This document shows, in pieces, positions 1-12,790 of a stretch of 64,000 nt of DNA. The stretch's first letter is position 1, and each line of letters starts with the position of its first letter. The notes beneath the pieces were generated by a model that made no database searches, was not told where the DNA came from, and saw only the letters and a program-made list of their open reading frames with translations. The stretch lies in the NCBI GenBank assembly GCA_963924565.1, contig OZ004610.1, positions 26,040,001 through 26,104,000 of the forward strand, read 5' to 3'. The position numbers and the translations under genes are program-made. The stretch is from Ascidiella aspersa (Eukaryota).

Positions 1-2844
1 GTTGCATGTTTTTTTTGGCAATCGCTGTATGCACACCATTGAATTGAGCAGGCCTATTTAACTTTCTTAGTTATTGTAAGGCAGGGGTTCCCAACCTTTT
101 TTACGTTCTCGTACCACTTCTTGCAGAACAACTAATTTGCTCGAATATTATTTTAATGTATTTTTAGCTTACAACTAGCATTATTCAACGCTATTTGTTG
201 ATTAGGATCTATCAAGAGCAATCGTGTGACATAATTCACGCCAACTGTCCCACAGCGTTGTACAGCTTTTCAAAGCAACTGTGCTGCTTGTTGACAATTG
301 ACATGACAGGTATTTTGAAGATCGTAATGGTATTCGAAACAACAGGGATAGTTACGTATCAATGGATGGGCTTCGGATTTTTTTTTGTTAACTAAACCAG
401 ATGAACAAAATATAAAGTTGTGAATAAGTACCGCAGTGGCATCTATAAGGCAAAACACGGGTTGGTTTTACAAAATTTCGAAAACACATTCGGGGCAACA
501 TTATGCTGTTCAGGTTTGCCTTTTGTTTAAAAAATACAGAAAGCTAGCCAAGTGTAGAGAGTTTTGCCTGTTTTCGTGCGGCTCTCATTACGCCAGTTTT
601 TTGGCCTGTTTAAATATGGCCTGCCCCTTAAATCGCTTTACTGTCTCAGACAGGGTTAAAGTCGTAAAAAACAGCGAATTTTGTTTTAATTCCGCCAGCG
701 CGTCTAGCCATTAAAGGAGCCGCCGCTCGGCAGTCGTGTTTTCGACAGTTTCTCTTCCCCTTTGGCGCTAATCGCATTAAGCACAGACAGCAAATCGAAA
801 ATTCGGGACCCTGGGGACAGTGGCCCGGTCGTAAACACGCTTAAATCACGGGCTCGTACCTAAAACGATTTTTTATGATGGGTCATGCCGATACTGTATG
901 ATAGGCCTACTGTATCGGCCGCGTTGTGGCCTTTATTTCAAAAGGTTACTGTATCGGCCGCCGAGAATCCCTTTATCAAGCAGAAGCCTACTAATTGTTA
1001 CTCGGGTTGTCATAAACTCGACTGGGCATGGATAAATCGGAAATATCGCGTTGCCTCGCATACGGAGCTCCATTCATTTGCGAATTTGAATAGGAGAGGC
1101 TACGATTTACAGCGGTTTTTATGTCGAATTGGCTTCTTTCTATACCCGCAATTGCGTTAAGCGGTGTACAGCGCCTCGGTTTGGTGAGTTTTTGCTAAAA
1201 TCAAGCAATATGACCAAAGTTATAATAATATCAACTTTCTAATAAAACACAGTTCAAAATACAAAAAAATCGTACAAATGAGATCTGACTCAGAATAAGA
1301 CATAATCGGCTAGGACAAGATCTTAACAATCTCTTCCTTAACGTCAACCTTCGTCACTAACTCCTATATACATTTTCACCCAGACCCGAATTCTAACCCC
1401 GCCTATTGCCCACAACTAACCCCAAAAAAGAACAAACAGCCCGGTGTTAGCGGCGCCTAAACGTCGATACCAAAACAGCCGATGCTATACCGACTGTTCC
1501 CAATAGACCAAAACCCTCTATATAGGTTTTATGTGTCATTTTTAGTGCATATAGGATGTATATCGACTAGATAAGAAACTATTCGGACAGGTTTGTGTCT
1601 TAATTCATCGGCTGTGACACTGTATGGGTGTGGCATTATAGATAATAGCGCTTTGAATATTTTTGTTTTAAAGGCATTATTGTGTGTTTTGCTTATAGCT
1701 AGAAAAGAACAATTTCTAAAAAAACAATACAAATGTTTTTGTGCTTGGATTCAGTAATGGTATAGTTTTGTTTTTATCGCCTATAAAGACTCTTCTTCCC
1801 AATAGTAAATACTCCAATTACCCAGAAAATAAAAATCATTACGCGAAAATGGTATTGGGCGTTCTAATCAGCTTTGAATGGATTTAAGGCCTTGATTGTG
1901 GTTTTAATAAATTTACAACGCACCGCAACAGACACCAATTAAAATATTTGGATTCGCTTTTAAATGAAATTGTTTTTAAATTGAATGAGTAGTGGAAAAA
2001 GTAATTGAACTGATTGGGTTATAGGAAATTGCCCGTCAGAGCATTGTATAATGAAGCGTTTGAACTAGATGCAAATCAAAAACATATAAAACGTCCAGCT
2101 GTAAAGTGCAGTGTTGTAACGAAGTCAATACTTTGACTTGCAGCCGTATCCATAAAATATTTAAATCGCCAATTATACCTGTAGTAATACATACTATTAA
2201 ACAAAAGTCTATTATCTGTGGATTAAAAAAGAAAGCTTAGCGAATTTGAAGGTAATCACCAAATCTAGAATGTTAAAGACCAAAACAACCCAAGAGAGCT
2301 AGTTTCGCCTCCCCGATTAACACCCAAGACCTTGACGTGACAATATCTTATCTCTTGTAAAATGACAGAAACATTCCTCCGTCGAAGCAATATAGCGGAC
2401 GGCCAGTAAGAAAATCAATAATTTGCATGATAAATTATACTTCTCACGGGGTGTATTACAAACTAATTACGCAAATTGAATTTTATTATACACCATAGGG
2501 TAAATGTATTGAACATAATGTAGTGTTTAATGGACGGCTAAATACGGCCGTAAAAATAGTGGATTATTGCTGATGTTCTATTGTTGTTGATTGTGGTGTT
2601 TTTAGCATTTTGAGTGTTATACAAGAAGAAATTATTTACCGTATACTATACCTGGTAACAACAGCATATTCATTAGCAGAGTAGTATTTTGAGTGACATA
2701 TCAAATTTAAGTTTTTAAATTTTTCTATACTTAAATCAGAGATTGTCAAACAGTGTACTTAAAAGATTCTTTAGTATGTCGCGGTGTTTTTATCATTTTG
2801 AAATATAACTTGTTTTTACAACTTTTGTCTATTATTCATTAGAT

Positions 2845-3295
2845 CATGGGTCGGCAACCTTTTTTGCACTGCGGACCGGTTAAAAACTAAATTTTTTTCG
2901 CGGACCGGCCTTGAAAAAACAACAAATGTTCAGGAAAGGAAACTTATTACAACTTTCAATGCTAACTTTATGCTTGTTTTGCCTGAAAGAAATGCTCCCA
3001 TCTAAGAATTATTGAACTTACTGAAACCCGCGAGCGGCATCCGGCCAGCCAAACAATTTAGTTTAACCCAGCCCGCGGCTTATTTCAATATCAATTTTAG
3101 GCCTTTACGTTATTTTCTTAAATTACACTGGTATGACATATAATTAACAATTTCTATATTCTTACCAGCTTCTCAAAATAAGGATATTTAAGTTCGTTTT
3201 TCAACAAAATTTTAATCTTACAACCCTGCTACGGACCGGTAACCAACTCCTCGCGGACCGGTACCGGTCCGCGGACCGGCGTTTGCCGACCACGG
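2845..3295. mobile_element. hAT-type MITE with 8-bp TSD
   Basis: Perfect TSD CATTAGAT at 2837-2844 and 3296-3303. Imperfect TIR CATGGGTCGGCAA / TTGCCGACCACGG. Repeated subterminal CGGACCGG motifs. Confidence 0.85.
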
Positions 3296-4589
3296 CATTA
3301 GATAACGGACAGTTTGTAATTATATTTTCATATTGTTTCGTGTCTCCGGGTTAAATGTCAAGCTATAAAATTACTGTTTTCTAGAAAGAGCGTCTCGACT
3401 TGTTTTCTTTGTTTTTTATTTATTAGAATAACAAACTTCAAAATTTCATTCAGTCGGACTTAATTAATACAGACCAGTACCGACACTCTTATTCAGCCTG
3501 CCCTACATGTTAAACGTGAAAATCGTCGAACGTTAAACGTATTTACAAATAAGCTAATTATTAATAACTTAATAAATACTAAACGCTACCACTTATTGAA
3601 AACAGTTTTGAAACCAAAAAAGTCACTATAGAGAATGACTATCTTCGAGGGTCACTGAATAAATTAGAAAGATGTGATAGAAGAAAATCTTCGTCATGCA
3701 ATCTCAAAGTTTTTTTTTAGTTTTTTTTCAAGTTTTTTATGTTGAGAAACTGCTTTTGGTGCATTTAAAGCTATCATGAACCTCTTTATTTTTTATCTGA
3801 CAGTTTATTTTACCATGCTTTACAATAAAGTTTTATTATGCATAGAGTAGAGAAAAAAACAATCTAACTTGAGAAAGAAAGAGACAAATGTTCAAACCTG
3901 CAGATAATAAACAAACGAACCTCAAGCATTTTGTTAAATACCGGTATTATAATTTATAATGCAATTGCAAAAATTTCACTGACCCCTGAAAAGTTTTCCG
4001 GTATCCATTCTCCCCCGGTTGACATGTTGACATCCACAAAACCAGCGTATACCGTTGTTTAGTAAAACTAAAAGTTTTAAAATCGAATGCAGCAATGGTT
4101 CAAACTTATAAATGTACTCGTTCACATATACTCTTCAGTGAAGCAGTGGTCGACCGACAAAAAACTGCTGCCTCTGGTTTCGGATTGTATTGAGCCCTTT
4201 TCCTACGGTTGTCAGAGGGAATGTTTTAGGGGTTCAGGATAAGGTTTTTTGAACTGAAATTTCAAACATTATGTGGTGTGTTCAAACCTCGTCGACAAAA
4301 TTCAATGTATAGCATGTTAAAGTCTGCATTTGTAGTTAAATTGTGCGGATACGTTACAGAACGTTACAAACTATATGTTTTGCTAAAAGGTACGTAGCTA
4401 TAGGAGGCTCAATGACCGCTGCCATAGAGATACATTCATCTGTCTAGCTTTTGTGCAGAGTTGGCCACAAGCTATAGGGCGTATAATCTCGTGTCAGCCA
4501 ATGCTACAGCTGGGATATTGACAACAGCAGAAAAAACAGATATATCCTTATCTGCTCACGACTGGTTGTCAAATAGACCTCACCTCAAG

Positions 4590-6978
4590 ATGCAACACCT
4601 CGACAACGAGCGAATTTGCGGCGAAAAATACGAGAGGTTCAGGCCTTCCTATCCGGATGATGTCAAGAAGACAATACTGACCTTTCTGGATGACAAGAGA
4701 GGCGGAGGAAAAGGAAAAAGGCACGGCCTCCTGGTGGACGTCGGATGCGGGAGCGGAAACACGACCAAGATATTTGCTCCGGACTTCGCCAAAGTGATAG
4801 GGATCGACATGAAGCAGGAACAGGTGAGGAAGTTAAGGAAGACCATAATGGCGTTGCTCGTATGGCGGTATAGGGCGTTACCGTTTAAATGTTTTTAGGC
4901 CCCCGCCTAAATTGTTTTTTGAGCATGAAGCAGGGTGGGCATTGCACTTTTTATGGTCACATCATAAAGTGACGTCATAAAATAAATAGAATTAAGAAAT
5001 CTGCTATTTTCGGCCAGAAAAATGTGACGCTGAAATAATGTGTAAACACATTCAAGGAAATATTTGCAACACAACACTCTATTTTTCAATTACTAACCTG
5101 TGATTTTACACCAAAAAAGGGCCACGTACCCCCAGGGGGCTACGGAATACAGTTTAAGAACCACTGCTCTAAGCTACGCAGAGGCACAACTGAGATCAGC
5201 GACAGGCCATTTGCATGCGCTGTAAAAGCTGTTTTCGCGCCCTTGCAACATCAGCAAATTTACCTATAGGCTCCAGTGACAAACCTGGGCAAAGTCTCTA
5301 GTTACATCGGAAAGCACGGAATACAGAAATTTCATGTGTCAATTAAATTACTTTGTTAGTACACAACGCAGTACTTTGTTAGTACACAACGCATTTTACT
5401 ATATTGATATGTTTGGAGCCAAATTGCTTAAAAATTCAAGAAAATGTGGAATCAATGACAAGGCTTTAATTAAAATTGGGTTTATTTATGCTTCTGTTCT
5501 ATTTGGTGTTGTTTAATTTAAGCTTATGAAAAGCTTAGTGAAGAGCGTTGGGTCACCAATGCTTTTCTGTTACAATTTTTTGGGCGGCGAAAGGTTGAAA
5601 AACACCTATGCGTGGGTCTCTTTTATTATATAGTTTTATGTTGGGAAAATTGTATGCGACACCGGGTCAGCGAGGGGCCGCAAAGCGGGCAACCCATTTT
5701 GTCGGCGTAGCAACACTTCAGGGCAGACCTGCACAACATACGACCTTTAAGGCAGTTGTTTTAACTTGGCGATAATATACAGATACAGCAGGGTCCGGAA
5801 CCCTTTGTTTGCTGAATTCATTCGCTGTGAAATGCAAATTGGTATTCATTGGCATAGACCTTAATTAGAAAAATATGAGGTAGAAAAATGGGATAGGACC
5901 TGGTTAGAAAATGATTAACCCTTTTAAAAAAAGTCAAAATAGCACTAAAAGAGGTCTTCTAATAGGTCGACGCCGCTCGGGAACGGAACAAGCTCAGTCA
6001 CGTGAGCTTCGAAGTGGGCAGGGCCGAGCGACTGGTGGGCGTGGCCGATGGCTCAGTCGACTTGGTGCTAGGCGCCGAATCCGCGCACTGGTTCGACTTA
6101 GACGCTTTTCTCTTTGAGACAATGAGAGTCTTGCGTCCGGGCGGCTGTCTCGCGCTCATCGGATACTGGATGCCGCGCGTCGTGCCCGTCAATTTCAGCG
6201 GAAACGCGGCAGAACTGCTAAAGAGCAACTTCAATCTGATCCAGGTTGGCATATGTGCTTGCCAGTATTGTAATAACTTGATTTAATTGCAGTTAAGTCA
6301 CTGTTTTCAAATGTGATTTGACTTTAGTTGAATTAAGTCTTTTGGACAAATGACTTGTCGCGGAGACAAATGACAGAGGTTAGAGTTAAAAAAAGTGCTT
6401 CGCCTTTATAAAAAAACGTCTTACACTATAGTGCCGATAAAACAAATTGTTTATCCAAACCATTTACACCCTGGCACCATTACTTCATTTTGTTTCTTGA
6501 TGCTTGCTTTAAAGTCTCATAAAAACCTCAGTCAATATGTTCCTACAGCTAATATAGCCCATATTGATCACCAACGTACTTTTCTCTTCAGGAAGCGTTC
6601 GCCGCCGAAATTCAGGAGGAATGGGACTGCTACAAGTCGGTGGCAGCCGGCTACAAGGACATCTTCGACGCAATCCCGGTTCCGGATAAGACACGCCGCG
6701 ACGAGTTTCGAACCACGCACCTCTGGAACATGGAAGAGCTCGGCGGCTTCCTGCGTTCGCGGGACGTCGCCGTGAATTCGGCGAGGAGGAGACTCCGACA
6801 GACTAGAGCGGAGAACGGAAAGCTGACGGAGGAAGATTACAGAGACGCGGACGTGGTTGCTCCCTTCGTGGAGCGCCTCGCCAAGAGCTGGGGCTTCAAG
6901 GGCGCCAAGGACCCGCGAATTTCGCTCAACGTTGAGTTTAAATATTTTGCGGTGCTCGCCCGCAAGCCTGGCGCGTGA
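4590..6978 (+). CDS. Class I SAM-dependent methyltransferase (Methyltransf_11/25-like), 3 exons: 4590-4823, 5966-6244, 6592-6978; about 299 aa
   Basis: Exon 1 has YERFRPSYP and motif I LLVDVGCGSG plus VIGID. Exon 2 has SVDLVLGAESAHWFD and RVLRPGGCLAL. Both introns are phase 0 (CAG|GTGAGG at 4824, AATAG|5966, CAG|GTTGGC at 6245, TTTCTCTTCAG|6592). TGA at 6976-6978; AATAAA at 7103 and 7203. Confidence 0.9.
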
Positions 6979-9027
6979 AGGAACCACAAACGGCAATATT
7001 TTCCAATTGGTGCATTATATAAAAACAATATTTGACCACTTGGAGTTCAATACGAAGAGTTTTCATCTCGGAAGATTGACACTCAAATCGAGAAGCGTTG
7101 AAAATAAAACTTTGTCGTGATATTAAATGTCGGTCCACTAGGGTGCCCGGTTTATTAAACAGCGCAATCAAACAAACTATCGCACTCACTCTATTGTACC
7201 ATAATAAAGACTCTGTGAGATTTGTTCTTTGCTACATTTTTAGTTCCTCTATGATTTTGTGCTTTTCCCATGTTTATACAATTTACGCGGTTTATTGCTG
7301 GACTTAATGGATAAGTAATTCTGCAAATCTAAGACAGTTAAGCGAAGATCTTATTGCACGAACGGTGTGTTGATACTGAGCATTTACTCAGTTCAATCGA
7401 CAAGTATAGAAAGACAAACAGATTGCTACCTAAACACGTGTTCTCCTTGATATGACGCCGTGTTTACGACAACATGTACGCACAAGACGACAAACTGCGC
7501 CACGAATTATCAAATCCGACTTCGCCCGAAACAAGGAACACACGACAGAAAATAAACAAACAGACACACGGTTTCCGTTAATATTGAAGGCGACGGTTTG
7601 ATTTTCGTATTTTAGCGGCGCCTTTTTACGTTCCTTTATACATTAGGCCTGTGCAGTTAGCCGCATTCTGCATCTGGCGTTGCAACAGCTTGGGGTGGTA
7701 GCCTACTATTGTATAATCATACACTTTCTCCCGATAGCAATACCTGATGTTGTTAACTAACATTTTCCGATCCGATCCGATACCAAATTACGCCATTAAT
7801 AAGTAACTACTTCAAACTTTTTAAAGTAAACATAATTGCAATCTATGAGATTATGCTATGGGGAAAGGGCACAAAAATGTTACGAACCATTCATATAGGT
7901 TATAGAGCCTAAAGCCCTAAACTATAGCTGATTGACAGCCAAAAACTCGATTTTCTTTTATTTAGCACCACAGCAGGCGAATTAATTAACTATATGGATT
8001 GATATATGGTGCCTGGTGGAATTTCTGTGTTTCGTGGCAAAAATTAATGTGCAAATCGGGAGTAATTTAAGTGGTTTGCCAATTTTGATATTCTACCTTG
8101 CTTAACACATTATTTTTGTGCATTGGCATTTTCGCAAAAATACATTTTAGTTTACGAGCTATTTGTACTGTGCTTAAAAGCTCAGCTATCTGCTGCTGTT
8201 AATTATACCTCGAGAGGTTTTATTTGGTTTAAAATCAAAGCCATTTTAGTTGTGTCGGAATGAAACCTGTCGGACAATATTTCGCTTTCAAATAATAGCA
8301 TTGTTAGCATACAACATAAACTTAATACTTAAAAACAGCTTGATTGAACAACTGCCAATTGATTTAACAAAAAACACTTTTAGCCTTTCATAGTATTTGA
8401 TATGGTCCAGTTATCGTTCGACAAATGCGACTTTTTAAGTTCTCAAATTCGGTCAGAAATATGCACATATAATAAAGGTTTATGTATAAGCTACTATTTT
8501 TTGCAATTTTTAGGCAAATGCATTGGCTATACGTAAACAATAAGGGATTTAATCTTGACAACAGATTGTCGAAATATCTGCCTAAAAATGTAAGGGGAAA
8601 GGTTTGAACCCTTTTCCTATGTAAATAATCTCCCGCAATAAAAACAAATGTAAACAAGATTTATTAAGTTTGAAAAGAGAAATATATTCTAAATTTAACA
8701 CAATACAAACTATCTGTTTATTGTGCAAAAAACGACGTTCGCTATTAAAATCAGAAAAGTGATATTGTTTGTTTGTTTGTTTTAGAAAGCGAGTTTGTTG
8801 CCTATAGTCAAATTTTTTTTCGGAAAAATTGAACGTAGCTCTAACGATCGCACAATCAAACAGAAAATTTATCTGTTTTTCAAATAATATACAAAGTAAT
8901 AACCAGGGTACCCGTGTAGTTGCCAATACTCAAGATAGGGGTGTCCACTGTTCGGTGTCCAATAATGAGAAATTTAGTTTGTGGCCTTAAACAGTGAAAA
9001 CGAGATGTTTACATAAGTTCGCCATAC

Positions 9028-10738
9028 CTGAACTCCACCCGGCTGCGCGTTCAACTGGAACGTGACGTTGCGCACAAACTCTAAAAGTTCATGGTACGTG
9101 GTGACGTCACTGGTACGATCCAGGAGAAAAACTACGTCACGAGGCAGACACGTGACAGGATTGAGCAAAGCTAGAAACAAATTTTTATTAAGCGCATTAA
9201 AAATAGCAGGTTAAAAATGTGACACGGCCCGGTAAAACGGGCCGATGAAACCTTACTGAGTTTTGTGTTGGTCCGCAAAAGATTACCGACCAGTGGACAA
9301 GATTATTGATTCTCAAACTTTTTTAACCACGTCTAAATTTAGGAACACTATGCACCGATCTGTAATGTAGCCTGATAATGAATTGCAAAGACCTGCCACA
9401 TTAACTGAATATGATACAAGCTCGTATCGAAACGTCTTAAGAAAGATGACGGATCTACTTGACCTTTTTGGCTTTGCAATTCATTATCAGGTCTCAATTG
9501 TTCTCCAATGCAAACTCAATAAAAAGAGCATGTGATGATTTATCTACCCCATAACATTACCTCAAAGAGAATACGAAAACACTACAAAATAGAAAGAAAT
9601 TACGTTTGCAATGTCTTCCGTTCCCACTGAAATACTTCATGCAGATGCACTTGTACGATCCTTGGGTGTTAAGACATTTAGCGTTGTCATGACAGCGATG
9701 CAAAGTTTGATGACGACATTCGTTGACGTCATTGCAAACTCCATGATTCTCTCTACAAAAGAGAATATCATTTAAAATATACAACAGTGATTTTGAACCA
9801 ACACTAGTTTTAAAAGCCTGATAAATTAGGTTTGTCTGTATACCTTGTAAATCCAGCGTTACACACACATTTGTAATTTCCAACTGAGTTTTGACAAGTC
9901 GACGTGAGACGATCACATTCATTCGAGCCGTTCGTGCACTCATCCACGTCACGACATGACACTCCGTCACCGTGATAACCATCACGACAAACGCAATTGT
10001 AGCTTCCTTCGGCGTTTTTGCAGTCCGAATTTATGTCACAATTGTGAGAGTGGAGTTTGCATTCATTAATGTCTTCACAATGCGAGACGTTACCTTGGTA
10101 ACCTGATTTGCATTCACATGAATAACTTCCATCTGAATTCACGCAGACGGCATTCATATGACAGTCGTGAGATGACAGCGAGCATTCGTCAATATCTTGA
10201 CAGTACGAACCGTTGCCGTAATACCCTTCCATGCAGTCACATAAATATGAGCCCATTATGTTTATACAGAAGGCATTCACATGACACCCGTGACTCTCAC
10301 GAGCGCATTCATCGTAGTCTCCACAATGAGTCCCGTTGCCGTAGAAACCTTTACGGCATTCACATGAGTAAGTCCCATTTATATTTTCACAAACAGCGTT
10401 TTCGTGACAATCGTGATTCGTGAAAAGACATTGGTTGATATCGCTACATGATACACCGCTTCCTTCATAACCTTCGTCACATTCACAAGAAAAGCTCCCG
10501 TGAGTATTCACGCAGATCGCATTTTCGTGACAAGCCTCGCGATTTTGGCACTCATCGACGTCGTTACATGATGAACCGCTTCCTTCGTAACCGTCGTCAC
10601 AATCACATGAATAGCTTCCGTGAGTGTTCACGCAGACCGAACTTTTGTGACACGCTCCGGGACTTTTGCATTCATCAATATCATGACATTCATTTCCGTC
10701 GCCGTGAAACCCGAGTGAACATAAGCAAACGTAAGAAC
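9028..10738 (-). CDS. Alternative downstream exons (9844-10738, 9604-9752, 9028-9170): half EGF + 8 cbEGF + N-terminal part of a vWA domain; 3' continuation not found
   Basis: Exon 9844-10738 starts phase 1 with GSYVCLC (second half of an EGF). Phases 1-2-1-0 are compatible. The last exon reads PRDVVFLLDRTSDVTTYHELLEFVRNVTFQLNAQPGGVQ (vWA beta-A/alpha-1). Confidence 0.75.
9343..9491. mobile_element. Penelope-like retroelement terminal fragment with hammerhead-like motif and inverted duplication (homologous pieces at 57982-58082 and about 13172-13266)
   Basis: CTGAATAT-GATAC-aagctc-GTATC-GAAACGTC core; perfect 20-bp inverted repeat at 9371-9390 / 9472-9491. Confidence 0.55.
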
Positions 10739-12790
10739 CTAAACCACGAAAGTTTTAAAAGAAAAAGAATCATTTTCACAACCACCTTTAAACAGTTTTC
10801 ACAACAATATTTAATCATTTACGAACGCCTTTGCCTATATCATTAATTTTCCAGAACTACGCCGACCTTTACCATGCTACTAAAAATGCTATAATGTTAG
10901 CTAATTCAGTGTTTCATTCTACTAGTGAATGGTTTACAATAACACCTTATATTTAAAACAAATCCGGAAGACCTGTATGCCTTTTAGTGGTCCCTAGTTG
11001 GGAACAACTGCATGAAACCAACTTCCTTGCAGACACTCGGCCCCCGATCATAGGTTTTTTAGTGTTACTGTTTTAATTTCAAGTTAAAACTCATTATATT
11101 GGACCAACAAAAAAATGCGTTTCATCTGTATTCGGGGCACAACAAATTGCCTGGCAGAATTTTTGTGAAAACCTATACTGAAGACTTGATTACTGTCACT
11201 ATAGTTTTAGAATTGAAACACTAGTTTTCTATGTTTTCACTAAACATCAAATAAATCTTTAAATAGGTGCTTACAAGCAGGGCTACCTAGTCCGGAGTCG
11301 GAACTCAACGGACTTGATTTATTTAGATGGACCCAAGCTCCGAGTCCGATGATGTACGCATGCGCAGCACTGAGTTCGAGTACAATAATGCTCACACTGT
11401 TCAACGAAAAAAAAGGAAAATATTCCTGGGGGTGGTTGAGTTGTATGTCACGCCTATTGGTGTAGTGATTCTATAAATTAAGATTTGTTGGCCATTTAAG
11501 GATTAGCATGATCCAGGTTTCTTAAAATATATTGTAAGTCACAAGCGATAATCTTCAAAAATATTACTTTAATCACTAACGTGCCAGTGGCGCACTTAAA
11601 AAAATGCGGCTACTTTCTGCGAAATCTGCTTTAAAAAAGTTGTTCTTACATTGTACAAGGAGGCATAATGTTAATACGTTATTCTTGTTTTGAATTACCA
11701 ATGATTAGTGTACACTGTACAATAATGACTCGTATGCTAACCAGCTTGACTCTTTGTAATTCGAATAGCTTTTTTTTTCCCAAAATTATTACAGAAAGTT
11801 TTGCGACACTCTCTGAAGGCACTCACTTTAAAAATTACTAATCTAAACGGACAAATCCTTTGAAAGACTTACGCTATACAGGCTAGTAATTTTTGCATTA
11901 AAGTATGCTACTTTAAATGTACTATGCAGCAAGGTAGTATAAATGCACAAAACACATTACTTCGCCTTTAAAAGCAGGATGGAAAGTAAAGAGGAAATAG
12001 CTGACAAGACACGGCACACAGTCAACAGAACAAATGCGAATAAAACACACCATACAAAAAAGTGCAATAAATAACAAGACAAGTGCATCAAAACACAAGC
12101 AAACGTGCAATTACACAATAAAGACAGCGCTGTGTGAATGAGATATTTAATCCTTGCACAGTCAAGGAAAACCGTCCAGGTGGAGTTGGGTACAACCCAG
12201 CTAACATATTTTTTGCTTGAGTGTAGGAACTCAGTTAAGAGGCTTTATTTAGTTGATATGTATAATAATTCATTGCTAAATAATTTACCAGCTCAAGTGT
12301 GATAGTAAAGTCACCGTTTCAACTGAAATACATTTTCACAGGGTTTATTAGAGAATTTTGACCCCAAGGTATATAAACTCACACCTCATGCTTATTGTTG
12401 TTACGACTACAACATATTTGAATCTATGTCCATCAATAAAAATATTGTTTTGCAAAAATATTGGTTTGGGTCAATTTTAAACTATATAGAGAAATTGAAA
12501 ATATTAATGAGATCGGTTCCACTAAATTTATTGATCAGAAATAAGGCATAATCTTTTTATTCTTTTAGGGCCTGTTTTGTGAAAAAACAAACCTTACAGA
12601 AGTATTTTTTGAATTAAAGTCGATAACATTCGAGATTAAAAAATGGTCGTCGTATGCCTTCAAATAATTCACAAGTGCACACCGCATCGGCGCAAATTCA
12701 AACTAACAAATAAATACAAAACACACAAAAAGGCAAAAACCGTGCACGTGAAAACCGACACCTCTCAACCAATCAGCAGCCGCCAAAAAA

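Noticed and set aside
170-458. Possible minus-strand exon near the window start
   Set aside because: Every frame from the candidate acceptors hits a stop and none resembles vWA.
4461-4589. N-terminal extension of the methyltransferase in the ORF track
   Set aside because: It starts at TTG; the first ATG is at 4590. An upstream exon using the AG at 4575-4576 cannot be excluded.
10118-10846. Arg/His-rich plus-strand ORFs
   Set aside because: Antisense shadows of the EGF-coding exon.
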